Positions 13,277 through 25,600 of a stretch of DNA of 64,000 nt are shown here, one piece after another; position 1 is the stretch's first letter, and each line of letters starts with the position of its first letter. Under the pieces are notes generated by a model. It ran no database searches, had not been told where the DNA came from, and was given only the letters and a program-made list of their open reading frames with translations. The stretch lies in the NCBI GenBank assembly GCA_964016885.1, contig OZ024742.1:61566001-61630000 (forward strand), written 5' to 3'. The DNA comes from Eledone cirrhosa (taxonomy: Eukaryota). Both the position numbers and the translations under genes were made by a program.

Positions 13277-13322
<46 letters not shown>

Positions 13323-13327
<5 letters not shown>

Positions 13328-14531
13328 AATATGGGGAGAAGAATACTGCATGGTTGCACATGGATAACATGTTATAAAATGAGTCCCTCATCAGTGATTT
13401 GCCAACGGTCATTTGGTATTTCATTGCATTAAAAATCATTCGCGATGAATCCGATGTAAGAAAGAAGGAAATCGTTTTCGTAGCGAACGGGGGGAAGTGA
13501 GAAGGGGAGAAACAGTGAGTGAGTGAGTGGAAGTGCGAGGAAGAGGTCAGTAGAGAGAAAGTGTTAACTGACATGACAGAGGGGACGAAAGAAAGTAAGA
13601 GAAACAGAGAGAACGAGGGAGCAGTAAGAGAGAGAGAAAAACAGAATCGCAGTTTAGGTAAATATATGTGAAAAATATGGGGAGAAGAATACTGCATGGT
13701 TGCACATGGATAACATGTTATAAAATGAGTCCCTCATCAGTGATTTTCCAACGGTCATTGGTATTTCATTGCATTAAAAATCATATACCTCACGTTGGTG
13801 CAATAATAACTAAAATAAGTTATTAGGACAATTAAAACGCGTAAAGCGAGTGAGACAAGTAAACAACACAGGGGAAAGCTAACCGAAGATAGGAAGAAAC
13901 ACAAACTACATAGTTATTCTATCAGTATAAGCTGGGTGAATATATGAGCGAGTAAGAAATAGACCTTTCGCGATGAATCCGATGTAAGAAAGAAGGTAAT
14001 CATTTTCGTAGCGAACGGGGGGAAGTGAGAAAGGGAGAAACAGTGAGTGAGTGAGTGGAAGTGCGAGGAAGAGGTCAGTAGAGAGAAAGTGTTAACTGAC
14101 ATGACAGAGGGGACGAAAGAAAGTAAGAGAAACAGAGAGAACGAGGGAGCAGTAAGAGAGAGAGAAAAACAGAATCGCAGTTGAGGTAAATATATGCGAA
14201 AAATATGGGGAGAAGAATACTGCATGGTTGCACATGGATAACATGTTATAAAATGAGTCCCTCATCAGTGATTTTCCAACGGTCATTGGTATTTCATTGC
14301 ATTAAAAATCATATACCTCACGTTGGTGCAATAATAACTAAAATAAGTTATTAGGACAATTAAAACGCGTAAAGCGAGTGAGACAAGTAAACAACACAGG
14401 GGAAAGCTAACCGAAGATAGGAAGAAACACAAGCTACATAGTTATTCTATCAGTATAAGTTGGGTGAATATATGAGCGAGTAAGAAATAGACCTTTCGCG
14501 ATGAATCCGATGTAAGAAAGAAGGAAATCGT

Positions 14532-14532
<1 letters not shown>
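13323..14532 (-). mobile_element. Partial-tandem array (unit 528 bp) of a non-coding retrozyme/PLE-like element in (TA)n
   Basis: CTGATGA motif repeats at 13388, 13734 and 14262; near-identical units; pyrimidine-rich sense strand; no credible ORF. Confidence 0.8.
13729..13830 (-). ncRNA. Putative permuted hammerhead-like RNA with kink-turn (copy B; identical copy C at ~14257-14358)
   Basis: gtcct-aataact..agttatt-attgca-ccaacg-t-GA-ggta-TA-tgatttt..tgcaat-GAAA-tacc-aat-GA-c-cgttgg-aaaatca-CTGATGA-gggac; all six helices pair. Confidence 0.65.
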
Positions 14533-14562
<30 letters not shown>

Positions 14563-14764
14563 GTGTGTGAGTGTGTGTGTCTATAATTCTTTAAAATTTA
14601 AAAACATACACACAAGGTATTTCCTATCTCAGTCATGTAGCTACTATAAGAAGTTTGCTTTCCAGTCATAACGTCCTTTGTTCTAACCCTGCATTTGTCG
14701 TTATAAATAATTATTTCTCCAACGTTACTTATATATTTAATCCTGTACATCATTTATATAATTA

Positions 14765-15552
14765 CTAGCAGAATGGCCCGGCGTTGCTCGGGATTTTGCT
14801 ATAGGGTTCTTATATATTTGATATATATTTATCCTTATCGAACCTCGTGAAATAAATACGTTTATTTATATTTTGTTATTGTGTATGCAAAAATATCTGT
14901 CCATAAATATATAATTATATATATATATATATTAAAATAACAGACTAAAGTTTAAGCAAAGAATCACTGCTTTCACCCTTAACGGGATATTCTACATAAA
15001 AGCAGTATGAAGTACATACACTAAGACTAATTGATGTAATATTTGGCCTTGTTTGTTTATATTTTGTTTTTGTGTATGCAAAAATATCTGTACACGAATA
15101 TCTATATTAAAATAACATATTAATGTTTAAGCAAAGAAACGCTGCTTTCAACCTTAACGGGATCTTCTTAAACTAAAAAAATCAATCTGGAAAACATGAA
15201 GACGATACTTTGGTTCGTGAAGACGTTCCCTCGCATAAGAATATATATACACACACACACTGATCGCGTCATAATGACGTAATGCAGACATCAGGCATAC
15301 AGACAGATATTATGAAGGCGCGACGTCATATCTATGTATCTATCTAAAAAGAGAAAGACTAGGAGAAAGAGAAAGAGATCGCTAAATCGCCTAATGCGGT
15401 CCCTAGGGCATTGAAAATTTGAAATTTTCTTTGCTCAAAACACTTCCGGGGTCATACGAGTTACATGTATAATGTTTGAAAAAAAACGGTTGGGTACTTC
15501 TCGAGTTTTAGGGAAACAGACACACAGACATCCTCTGTTTTATATATATAGA
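14765..15552 (-). mobile_element. Non-autonomous Helitron
   Basis: 5' TCTATATATATAAAAC at 15552; 3' hairpin cccgagcaacgccggg followed by CTAG|T at 14765. Confidence 0.7.
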
Positions 15553-15590
15553 CTAGCAGAAAACCACCCGAAGGGGCGGTTTTCTGCTAG

Positions 15591-15910
15591 TCTATATATC
15601 TAAAACAGAGAATGTCTGTCTGTCTGTCAGCTCACTAAAACTTGAGAACCATCCAACCGATTGTTTTCAAACTTTAGACATGTAATACTTATGGTCCTGT
15701 GAGTGTTTTGAGCAAAAATTATTTCAAATGTTCAATGCCCTAGGGACCGCATTAGGCGATTTAGCGTTCTCTCTATATAATTCTTAGTCTTTCTTTTTAG
15801 ATAGATACATAGATATAACGTTGCGCCCTTATAATATCTGTCTGTATGTCTGGCTGTCTGCATTACGTCATTATGACGCGCTCAGTGTGTGTGTGTGTAT
15901 ATATATATGT
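15591..15910 (+). mobile_element. Non-autonomous Helitron 5' part, inverted relative to the previous copy
   Basis: Starts TCTATATATCTAAAACAGAG; diverged reverse complement of ~15245-15552. Confidence 0.65.
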
Positions 15911-16237
15911 AGCGTAATGCAGACAGCAAGACATAGCTTTCCTTCCCCTCTTCCAGCGTCTCTCTCTCTCCCTCCCGCTATCCCCCTCTTGTAGTCTGTC
16001 TCTTTCTTTCACTCTCACTCTCTCTCTACGCGTCGGACAGACAGACAGAGAAATTGCTGGTTATATATTATAAGGAGATATCCTACAAACAAATGATTAA
16101 AATATCACTCCTATCTTCAATCATTTCCATGTGTCATTAATCAATATAAACTATAGGGTTTCTCTTATGCATAGAATTAATATATCAAAGCGCAAATTTT
16201 CCATAATTCTCGAAGATACTTGTCTAAGTGTAATATA

Positions 16238-16425
16238 GGCGGTGGATTGGCTGTATCGGTAGAGGGTCGGACACCATGCTTCGACGCATAGATTTACGGC
16301 TCTTGCCATTCTGAGTTCAAATCCCGCCGAGCTTAACTTTGCCTTTCATCCTTACGGGCGGTCGATAAATTAAAGTACCAGTAATGCACTGAGTAATTGT
16401 TGGCCTTGTGCCAAATATAGAAACA
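16238..16425 (+). mobile_element. tRNA-derived SINE with Nin-like core
   Basis: A-box-like TGGC.GTATCGG, B-box GAGTTCAAATCC and core GCCTTTCATCC..GGTCGATAAA..AAGTACCAG. Confidence 0.75.
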
Positions 16426-16841
16426 AGTATATTGTAACCGGTAGGGTTGTGTCGAAGTAAACTTCTTAACTCCAAGACCACCACCATCCTTCGTTCATAT
16501 ATATAGTCATTCCGTCCAAATACCTCATTTGGTTCTGCAGGATGTTGTTTTTGTTTCCTTTTTTTGTTTGTTTTGTTTATTTTGTTTCTATTTGTTGTTG
16601 TTTTTTGTTTTTTGTTTTGTTTTTTGCTAAAAATGTTAAATCATCTATTTTCGGCTAAAGAAGATGAAAAAGGTTTTAAATTGTGTGTGTGCATGAGGGG
16701 GGAGGGGTTATTAATTATTCAAGCTTTGCTGTTATATCGAAGAAAACTAATCGCCGCCAGATGCAATATAAAGGAACAATGAGATGGAAAAGCCACTCTA
16801 TGTAGGGGAATAGTAAATAGAAAATGAGTCGGAGGATTACA

Positions 16842-16945
<104 letters not shown>

Positions 16946-17220
16946 AAGAAAGAAAGAAATAAAGAAAGAAAGAAAGAAAGAAAGAGGGGGTAAGAAGGAG
17001 AAATAGAAAGAAAGAAAAGAAAGAAAGATCGGGGATGAGGATAAGAAGAATATTAAGAAAATGTTATTAGGAATAACTTGAAGGTAGGTATGACCAACCA
17101 GAGATTGAGGACAATTGATTTAAAAGTAATATATAACCATGTGTACCTTGTTCTAATTAGGTGACATGTACTTTACATCAATAAGAAAGGTTTCAAGGAA
17201 ATTACTGATGATTATTATTA

Positions 17221-17450
17221 GACGGTGGATTGGCAGTATCGGTAGAGCGTCAGACATCATGTTTCATGGGATAGAGTTGCGGCCCTTTATGATCTGAGTT
17301 CAAATCACGCCGAGGGTAGCTTTGCTTTTCAACCTTACGGGATCAATAATATAAAGTACCAGTAATACACTGGAGTCGATTTAATCGACTTTCCCCTCAC
17401 CCCAAGTTGCTAGCCTTGTGCCTATAGTAGAAATCATTACTATTATTATT
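17221..17450 (+). mobile_element. Same SINE family, ending in an (ATT)n tail
   Basis: Same A/B boxes and core. Confidence 0.75.
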
Positions 17451-18476
17451 GTTTATGGGGCTGTGAAGTCGTGTTTTTGTGAGCTTCGTGAGTTAGTTAA
17501 TTTTAAAGTTTTTGAATTGAATTAATTGTATTTTTTTGTGATAAAGGATCCATAAGATACCTTTTGTTGCTCTTTGTAAAGGCAGCTTCTTTTTCGCCTA
17601 AAAATCTTTTAAAAATTTTTTTTTTTAATCATGGCAGGGCCACGCCTCCCAATTCTGAGTCTGCTGTCGTGTGACAGCGGTGTAGGCGTTGAGCTAAGTA
17701 ACACCACCCCTAGCACAAATTCAGGCAGTATTACCAACAACAAAATCAATTGCACCAGCACCAACAACAAAAAAATCAGATGAAATAAAGAAACAATGGC
17801 AACAAACACAACAACGAAATTGATAACACCACCAACAAACAACAACATGAACAACAACAGCAACAACAGCAACTGCATCAAGAGCAACAACAGAATGATT
17901 AACAACAACACCAACACCAATTGCAACAACGACAACACCAACAACAAGAACAGCATAAAGAAAAATAGGAGCAACAAAGACAACAACACCACCAACAACA
18001 ACAGCAAAAACATCAACAACATCAGCAAGAACAATGTGACCAGTAACACGGACAAGAATTCCTTCTCTGCTACATTAGCCCCCCCCCCCCCCCCCCCAAA
18101 TACCATACTTTAGCATGGACCTTACCCAAAAAGAAAAAACGTTGGCCCAGACGTGGAAGCTCATTAAATATGAGCAAACCTGGGCCAAATTAACCGTCCT
18201 GGCAGAGGACATAGAAGCGGTAGTGCGGAAAATGTTGGTCTTTAGATGCATTTCAGTGCAGATAAAAACGGCAGCGATCATTCCCTAAGCCGAAATTGGA
18301 GCTGCGCTGAGGTGCATCAGGGATGAAACCGAGTATATAGCGAGGGGAAGACAATACGGACACCATCTCGGGACTGTTTAAGTCAGAAGCCCTTGCTGTG
18401 AAAAGCTGTCGGCATATGTGGACGATATCACCGTGATGGTGTCGAACACCTCGGAAAAACAGACGGTCGGTACCTT
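17451..18476 (+). pseudogene. Decayed Tx1-like LINE: 5'UTR and ORF1 relic fused to a short RT fragment
   Basis: Starts after TTATT. (CAA)-rich ORF1 N-terminus; EIGAALR..EYIARGRQYG resembles QIQKALG..HIRRGQKYG; SAYVDDITVMVSN at ~18408-18448. Confidence 0.6.
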
Positions 18477-19044
18477 CTACATCTAAATAATTTATTCTAC
18501 TTTTGGCACAAGGTCAGCAATTCAAAGGGAAAGAGAAAGTTGACTAAATTGACCCAGCGTAAGGATGAATCTATATCTAAATACTAATATAGGTGACAAA
18601 ATGTCTCAAACGCCGTGATTAGTACAGTTACTCGTTTTATAATAATATAGGAATGATAGTAACACTTTGGAAAATATGAGACAAAACGCGTGATTAATAC
18701 GGCTAAAGTGTCGTGATTAATACGGCTAAATATTTTGTACGACACTCTAATGATCCTGCCAACTTAAAAATAATTTACTCACTAGCATCACTAAATTTTC
18801 CCCTACAATCATGAAACTTAGCCTAAGAGAAATTCGCCCAGATACTTGAATTACGGCTTTAGATGCATTATGCCGGGTCAAAATGCTTCTAATCTCATTA
18901 CAAATACTAGGCAATTCAATCTAAACTGAAACTTTTAACAGTGAAATTAGAATACTTTCATCATAGATCTTCTTCCACGGGGTTTTCCTGTTATCCAAGC
19001 ATCAACAATAACGAGAATAACACATACACACACATGTATACATG

Positions 19045-19111
<67 letters not shown>

Positions 19112-19115
<4 letters not shown>

Positions 19116-20428
19116 GTATAGGATTATCCTAGATGTAGTAATGGTTAATTACTACACTGGATATGGTTGACGTACGGTGAGAGGTTACTCAACGAGTTAT
19201 GGAAGGATTGTTGAGGAAACTTAGTTCCTGATCCTTCTGTATTCCGGAGTGTAGATAAAGAATGAATAATAACAGGTAGACATCATAAAAAGGTAATTTA
19301 TTCCGTGTGCTTACAAATGTTTCCACGGTGGCAATACAGCCTAGTTATGCTATGTGCAAATTTACAACTATTTGCAGAACTCAAATATCAAATGCTGTGA
19401 CCACTGTATCATCAGAGCAGAATGGTTAAAATGTACAATGTAAATACCCTTAAGTGAGGTTATTGGAGAAGATAGAGTAGAAAAGGAAGAGCGAAAAGTA
19501 GGGGAGAGGGAGAGAGAGAGAAAGATATGCAGGGGTTGGAGAAATAGGAGTGAGTGGTTTGTAGATATCTTAATCAAAATGTTATGGTAGGGGTTTTATT
19601 ATACTGGTTACTTTTAGAGAGATTTGTTGATAGTCAAGGTTGGAATTATGTATTGCCCCAGAGGGTAGGTTCATAGATGTGGAGAGGGAGGGAGGTAGGC
19701 CAAAGGCGAGAGAGAGAGAGTGGAATGGATATAGAGGGAGAGATAGAGAGGGGACAGACGAAGTCTACGGGGTGGGTGAACTTTGGGTTCGTAGTAGTAA
19801 TCTGCGAATTGCACTGAGTTACCATTTATAGTGATAAGCAGGGTATTGTCTTGTAGTGTGGGGGAAGAGAATGTGGTTAGCTAGAAAGCGATGTTATTGT
19901 TACGGGTTCGAATGTTAAGTTATTTTATAGTGAGAGAATTTAGCTTTTAGTTTGTGGTTGCAGTATAATTATCGTTCGATTCTATCGTTAAGTAGTTTAT
20001 TTTTGGATTTTAATATGTAAAAGAGTTCAAGGTTACATAACCTACAGTACTTCAATCCACTCCGATATGCACTTGCTGGAAAGTATATCCCATTTTAAGG
20101 TGAACTGTTGGTTGCGTTCACGGTGTTGCCAAGTCTTGTTGGCGAGTGTGGTTACAAAACGGTGATCAGGATGTTTGATTGAGAATCGATGACGGTACCA
20201 GCGAGATTTAAACGAGGTGGTGGTAGATCCGATGTAGTACCATTTCTGGACGTTCGATTCAACCGTACATTGGTAAACAATGTTGGACTTTAGGCATTCA
20301 TTCTTATTTTGAGTTCTGCAAATAGTTGTAAATTTGCACATAGCATAACTAGGCTGTATTACCACCGTGGAAACATTTGTAAGCACACGGAATATATTAC
20401 CTTTTTATGATGTCTACCTGTTATTATT
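19112..20428 (-). mobile_element. Penelope-like element 3' part: GIY-YIG fragment, 3'UTR/pLTR, and a partial inverted pLTR at its 5' end
   Basis: CLKSNIVYQCTV...YYIGST...FKSRWYRHRFS (20042-20340). 19255-19385 is inverted at 20305-20428. (TA)n flanks. Confidence 0.8.
19308..19419 (-). ncRNA. Type I hammerhead ribozyme with long stem II in a PLE pLTR
   Basis: tgct-CTGATGA-tacagtgg...ccaccgtg-GAAA-c(attt)g-TA-agca. Confidence 0.65.
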
Positions 20429-20432
20429 CATT

Positions 20433-20518
<86 letters not shown>

Positions 20519-20598
20519 CTATGTGTGTGTGTGTGTGTGTGAGTACATAACATGTTACGGGTGTGTATGTTAAATATGCATGTTTTTGTGTATATACA

Positions 20599-20671
<73 letters not shown>

Positions 20672-20675
<4 letters not shown>

Positions 20676-21299
20676 GATTCTCACTGAATCTTTATTTGTA
20701 TTAATCTCCCGTGTCTTACAATTAACTTGTTAATAATTTCTATTGACAGGTTATTTGTATGAGTTTATTTTAAAACTACTCGGTTGAGAACTTATTCGAT
20801 TTGTGCTATTTATGCTATTTTTCGCATGATTTACACTAACTGAATTACTTTGCCAACATCTGGGTTATTCCCCTTGTGATTTCCACACGTGGTTTAACTT
20901 ACCACCGTGTCTTTCACTTATTAGGTACAGAGCGAAATTCCTGTTGATAACGTGATATTCCTTGTTCGATCGTTATACCCAAGCTTATATTTTTAAGCAT
21001 ACTGTATTTTGATTTAGGTGTCACAGAAACTCTACATCGGATTTTAACAGCAATTCCGGGAGTCCAGGTCTGGTTATCATTTATTTTTTATCATTTATTT
21101 TGTTTTGACCTGTTTAGCTTGATTTGTTTTTTTGCTTGGGTGGTTAATGCCTTCTTGACCACCTTTTCAGTTTTGTATGGCTTCTTAACACATTGTTTAG
21201 CTCTGGTTTTTAACTATTGAGCACTTTGCCAGTATCATTTCTGATGTTTGCGTTTCGCTTCGCTTTTCCTGCCCACCGAAATGCGATTCTCGCTGAATC

Positions 21300-21306
<7 letters not shown>
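20672..21306. repeat. ~610-bp unit with a short terminal direct repeat between (TA)n tracts (probable non-autonomous PLE-type)
   Basis: gtgattctcactgaatctttattt at 20673 versus gcgattctcgctgaatctttattt at 21283. Confidence 0.5.
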
Positions 21307-21351
<45 letters not shown>

Positions 21352-22528
21352 ATATATAAATGTATGTAATATATATATATATATATATATATAGCAGGCA
21401 CACAAGTCAAACTGTGATAAATATTATGGTTGAGAATAATAAATTGTTTCTAGCTAGTTGGCTAAAGCACCATATTTTAGTCTTTAATGAAAACAAAATC
21501 TTTCCGACATTTCTTATTTTTTACTTCCTTTCTTTCTTCATTATTTTCCATCTTTTTTTTTTTTTTTTTTTTTTGAAGCCTTGCTTTCAAATTCCAATTT
21601 TATATTTTATCTCGTTATATTTTAAGTCCGTCTCGAAGTAATTTTCTCCCATTCTTATTTATTCATTTATTTGTATAATTTGCTTGTTGGCTTGTGTTTT
21701 CCTATCGCTTGTTTGAAGTCAATTTTCTGTTTGGCACGGATTAAACAATTGATTTTCATGTTATTTTTAAATGTTAGATTTTTCTCACGTTGTTGTTATG
21801 TGTGTTGTTTTTGTTTGGGGTTTTTGTATTTATTCCTTATGTTGATTTATTTTATTTTCTGTTTGTTCTATATCGTGCTAACTACACAAGTGTCAGCGCA
21901 TAGATTTACATTCAGAGTTCTGCAGTTTGTTTTATTTTTTAATATTAAAACTATGAGTTGGCATTTTCCATTAACTATTATATAATATATGCCTTAAGAT
22001 CACAACTGCTGCAAATTGCTTTATACTTTGTAATCTAGTAAATCTTGAGTGATTCTATGATAACTTAACAGCTGTGCTTTAAAGAAACATTTAAAGTGGG
22101 GCGATTACTTTTTTTCGTCGACGTGAACATTTCATGGGGAATTTAATGAACACTTCTTGAATGTTGTTTCCTTTGTTGTTAAAATATTAAATTAAGTGAT
22201 AGACGTCATGCCACGCCCAGGTTTACACATCCATTACGTATTTGGATGCGTTTAGTAGAGTCTCCACAATTGCATGGGTTCGATCTAAATATCCAGATCC
22301 ATTGCTCTTTCATTAAGGCATTAAACATAATATAAAAATGGGCGCCATCAGAATTGTACACTAAAGACATTGACTTGGCAACAAAATGGCGAAATGTCTC
22401 GAATTGAAACCAGCGTCGCTATTGTACACAACTTGCACAGACACACACAGACGCGAGCGTGTTTGGATTTATATGCACGTGTACAGAAAATGGACGTTAA
22501 ACGATGATGGTGATGATGATGATATATG

Positions 22529-22564
<36 letters not shown>

Positions 22565-22596
22565 TAGATAGATACATGCATACATACATACACACG

Positions 22597-22904
<308 letters not shown>

Positions 22905-23784
22905 GGTCACCTAGGTGACCGAATTAGCAGCGGAAGTGGGTGTTCAGAAAGTACAATAACTAGTGTAAGAACGGGATGGAAGAAGTTCAGGGAACTACTA
23001 CCACTGCTAGCTGCAAAAGGCTTCTCCCTCAAAATGAAAGGCAGACTGTATGATGCGTGTATCCGAACATCAATGTTACATGGTAGTGAGACCTGGGCGC
23101 TGAAGGTGGAAGACTTACGTAGATTAGAGAGAAACGAAGCCTGCATGCTCCGATGGATGTGTAATAGTAATATACGCGAACGACAAAGCATAAATGAATT
23201 GAGAGAGAGACTGAACATAAGAGGAATCAAATGCTGTGTGCAGGAGAGGCGGTTGCGTTGGTATGGACATGTGATGCGTATGAAGGATGACAGCTGCATA
23301 AAAAGGTGCAGAGCACTAGAAGTCGATGGAAACCGCGGAGTGGGGAGACCCAAGATGACCTGGGATGAGGTGATAAAAGCCGACCTTACACAATTATACC
23401 TCTCAAAGGCGATGACACACGACCGTGACCTCTGGCGTCACGCAGTAATACAGAGTATCCGACTTCCGATGGGTACAAGCTGAAGCATATAGTCAATATG
23501 CCCCCACACTCTCCCACTGCAAGGTGGTCGTGGAGGTGCCACGGCAAAAAAGCACCCAGCCCACACTGTAAAGTGGATGTGTAGGCGCCACGAAAAAGCA
23601 CCCAGCACTCACTGTAAATGAGGTTGGTGTTAGGAAGGGCATCCAGCTGTAGAAATCAAGCCAAATCAGTTCCTGTATGAGCAAGGCATGGTCAGCCGAC
23701 CAGACACTGCCCACAACAGGACAACCCGTCTAACCCATGCTAGCGTGGAAGAACGGACGTAAAACGGTGATGATGATGATGATG

Positions 23785-23786
<2 letters not shown>
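22905..23786 (+). mobile_element. RTE-clade LINE 3' fragment with (GAT)n tail
   Basis: HGSETWAL, RRLRWYGHVMR and RGVGRPK motifs (ORF 23034-23483); tail gatgatgat. Confidence 0.85.
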
Positions 23787-23861
<75 letters not shown>

Positions 23862-23866
<5 letters not shown>

Positions 23867-24457
23867 GGAATAGAATGAAACGAAATTTCCTTTCTCACGC
23901 TTAGTACGGCACTTACTTAAATGTAAGTATGTATGTATACGTACATACATATATGTATACAGACGTACAGTAGCATGTATATATATACATACAGGCACAC
24001 ATATATATATGCACGTATCAGTTTACCGAACATTTATTATAATGCTCGGTTTGTTCGTTTGTAAACAAACAAACAGCCTGAATTACGCCGTACAGTGTTT
24101 AGGCAACCACGTCACCTTTTTGTTCAACACTGCTCAGCCGTTAATTTTCATAAGGAAAGTATATACTTTCGGACGTTCAACCATCTGGCAGAAAGGTATA
24201 CGGTGCTGACGATAGCTAATAAGCTTGAAACTAGTACATCGTTCCTGTGTCAGTGTTGAACAAAAAGGTGACGTGGTTGCCTAAACGCTGTACGGCGTAA
24301 CTCAGGCTGTTTGTTTGTTTACAAACGAACAAACCGAGCATTATAATAAATGTTCGGTAAACTGATACGTGCATATATATATGTGTGCCTGTATGTATAT
24401 ATATACATGCTACTGTACGTCTGTATACATATATGTATGTACGTATACATACATACT

Positions 24458-24460
<3 letters not shown>
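23862..24460. mobile_element. Fold-back PLE-like mini-element, ~210-bp arms, hammerhead in the spacer
   Basis: Arms ~23920-24132 and ~24252-24460; (TA)n flanks. Confidence 0.8.
24201..24241 (+). ncRNA. Minimal type I hammerhead ribozyme
   Basis: cggtg-CTGACGA-t-agct(aata)agct-t-GAAA-c(ta)g-TA-catcg; palindromic ACTAGT stem III. Confidence 0.8.
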
Positions 24461-24516
<56 letters not shown>

Positions 24517-24557
24517 GACTGTATTAGATGTGTTGTCTAATATGAGGTGAGACCGTA

Positions 24558-24604
<47 letters not shown>

Positions 24605-24618
24605 AGAGAGAGAGAGAC

Positions 24619-24707
<89 letters not shown>

Positions 24708-24710
<3 letters not shown>

Positions 24711-25600
24711 AAACTTCCTTGTTAGGCTGGGGGAGTAAACTGCCGATTAAATAGTAGCATTGGCCTTGGCTTTTAAAGGTGAAATAACCGGAGTCAGTAT
24801 GATCTTTTTCAGCACCAAAGGACGACATCGGAAGCACAACAATACCGCATAACATTGCTTCTGAAGTGTTGATTCGTTAGTACGGACTGTAAGTAGTAGA
24901 TGGATAAAAGCTGGAGGGTAGATTAATTTCAAATAGTATCAATTTTTCTTTGTTCTGTAAAATCAAAGACTGTAAAACGACTTTATAAAAGCTAACGCAA
25001 TATTGTTAAACCTTCAAGCGATACTTTTGTGGGACATCACTCTCTCTCTCTCTCTCTTTCTCTCTCTTTCTTTCTTTCTTTCTTTCTCTCTCCCTCTTTC
25101 TTTCTTTCTTACTCGCTCTTTCTCTCTCTCTCACTCTCTCTCTCTCTCTTAATATTTATCACTTTAATTATATCTCTCTCTGTATAACGGCCTATCTCAC
25201 TCTTTCTGCCTCTCCTGTCTCTCTCTCTCTCTCTCTCTCTCGCTCTCTTTAGATGTGTGTGTATGTATTTATATGTGTAGTTTTCGTGTGATTCAATCAA
25301 CCAACCAACCAACCAACTTGCGTTTGTAATACAGCCAAAAGGACGCATAATGGGAAAATACTTTGGAAGGAAATTGACACTGCAATCGGAATACAGATGG
25401 AATAAAACAAGTTTCGCGTAAATCGGACCACGGGTTCCGAGATACTGGGTTTTTCCGGGTACGTTCATAAACAGAGAGAGAGAAGGATAGAGAGAAAGAG
25501 ATAGTGGTTGTGACAGAGTAGATAGAGAGAGAAACTTAGAGAGGGAGATAGAAGGAGAATGGAAGAGAGAGAGAGAGAGAGAGCTGATGGAGTTGTAGTG
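24708..25600 (-). mobile_element. Helitron fragment including an N-terminal RepHel relic
   Basis: MSSFGA...FTFKSQGQCYYLIGSLLP (24708-24830) resembles the FQMTSFGA..TFKIQGQVYHRIGSLLP block of Helitron proteins. Confidence 0.6.

Noticed and set aside
13323-14532. CRISPR-like repeat-spacer array
   Set aside because: Units are hundreds of bp with no unique spacers, there are no cas genes, and the context is eukaryotic.
16238-16330. tRNA genes
   Set aside because: The A/B boxes belong to SINE heads; no intact cloverleaf.
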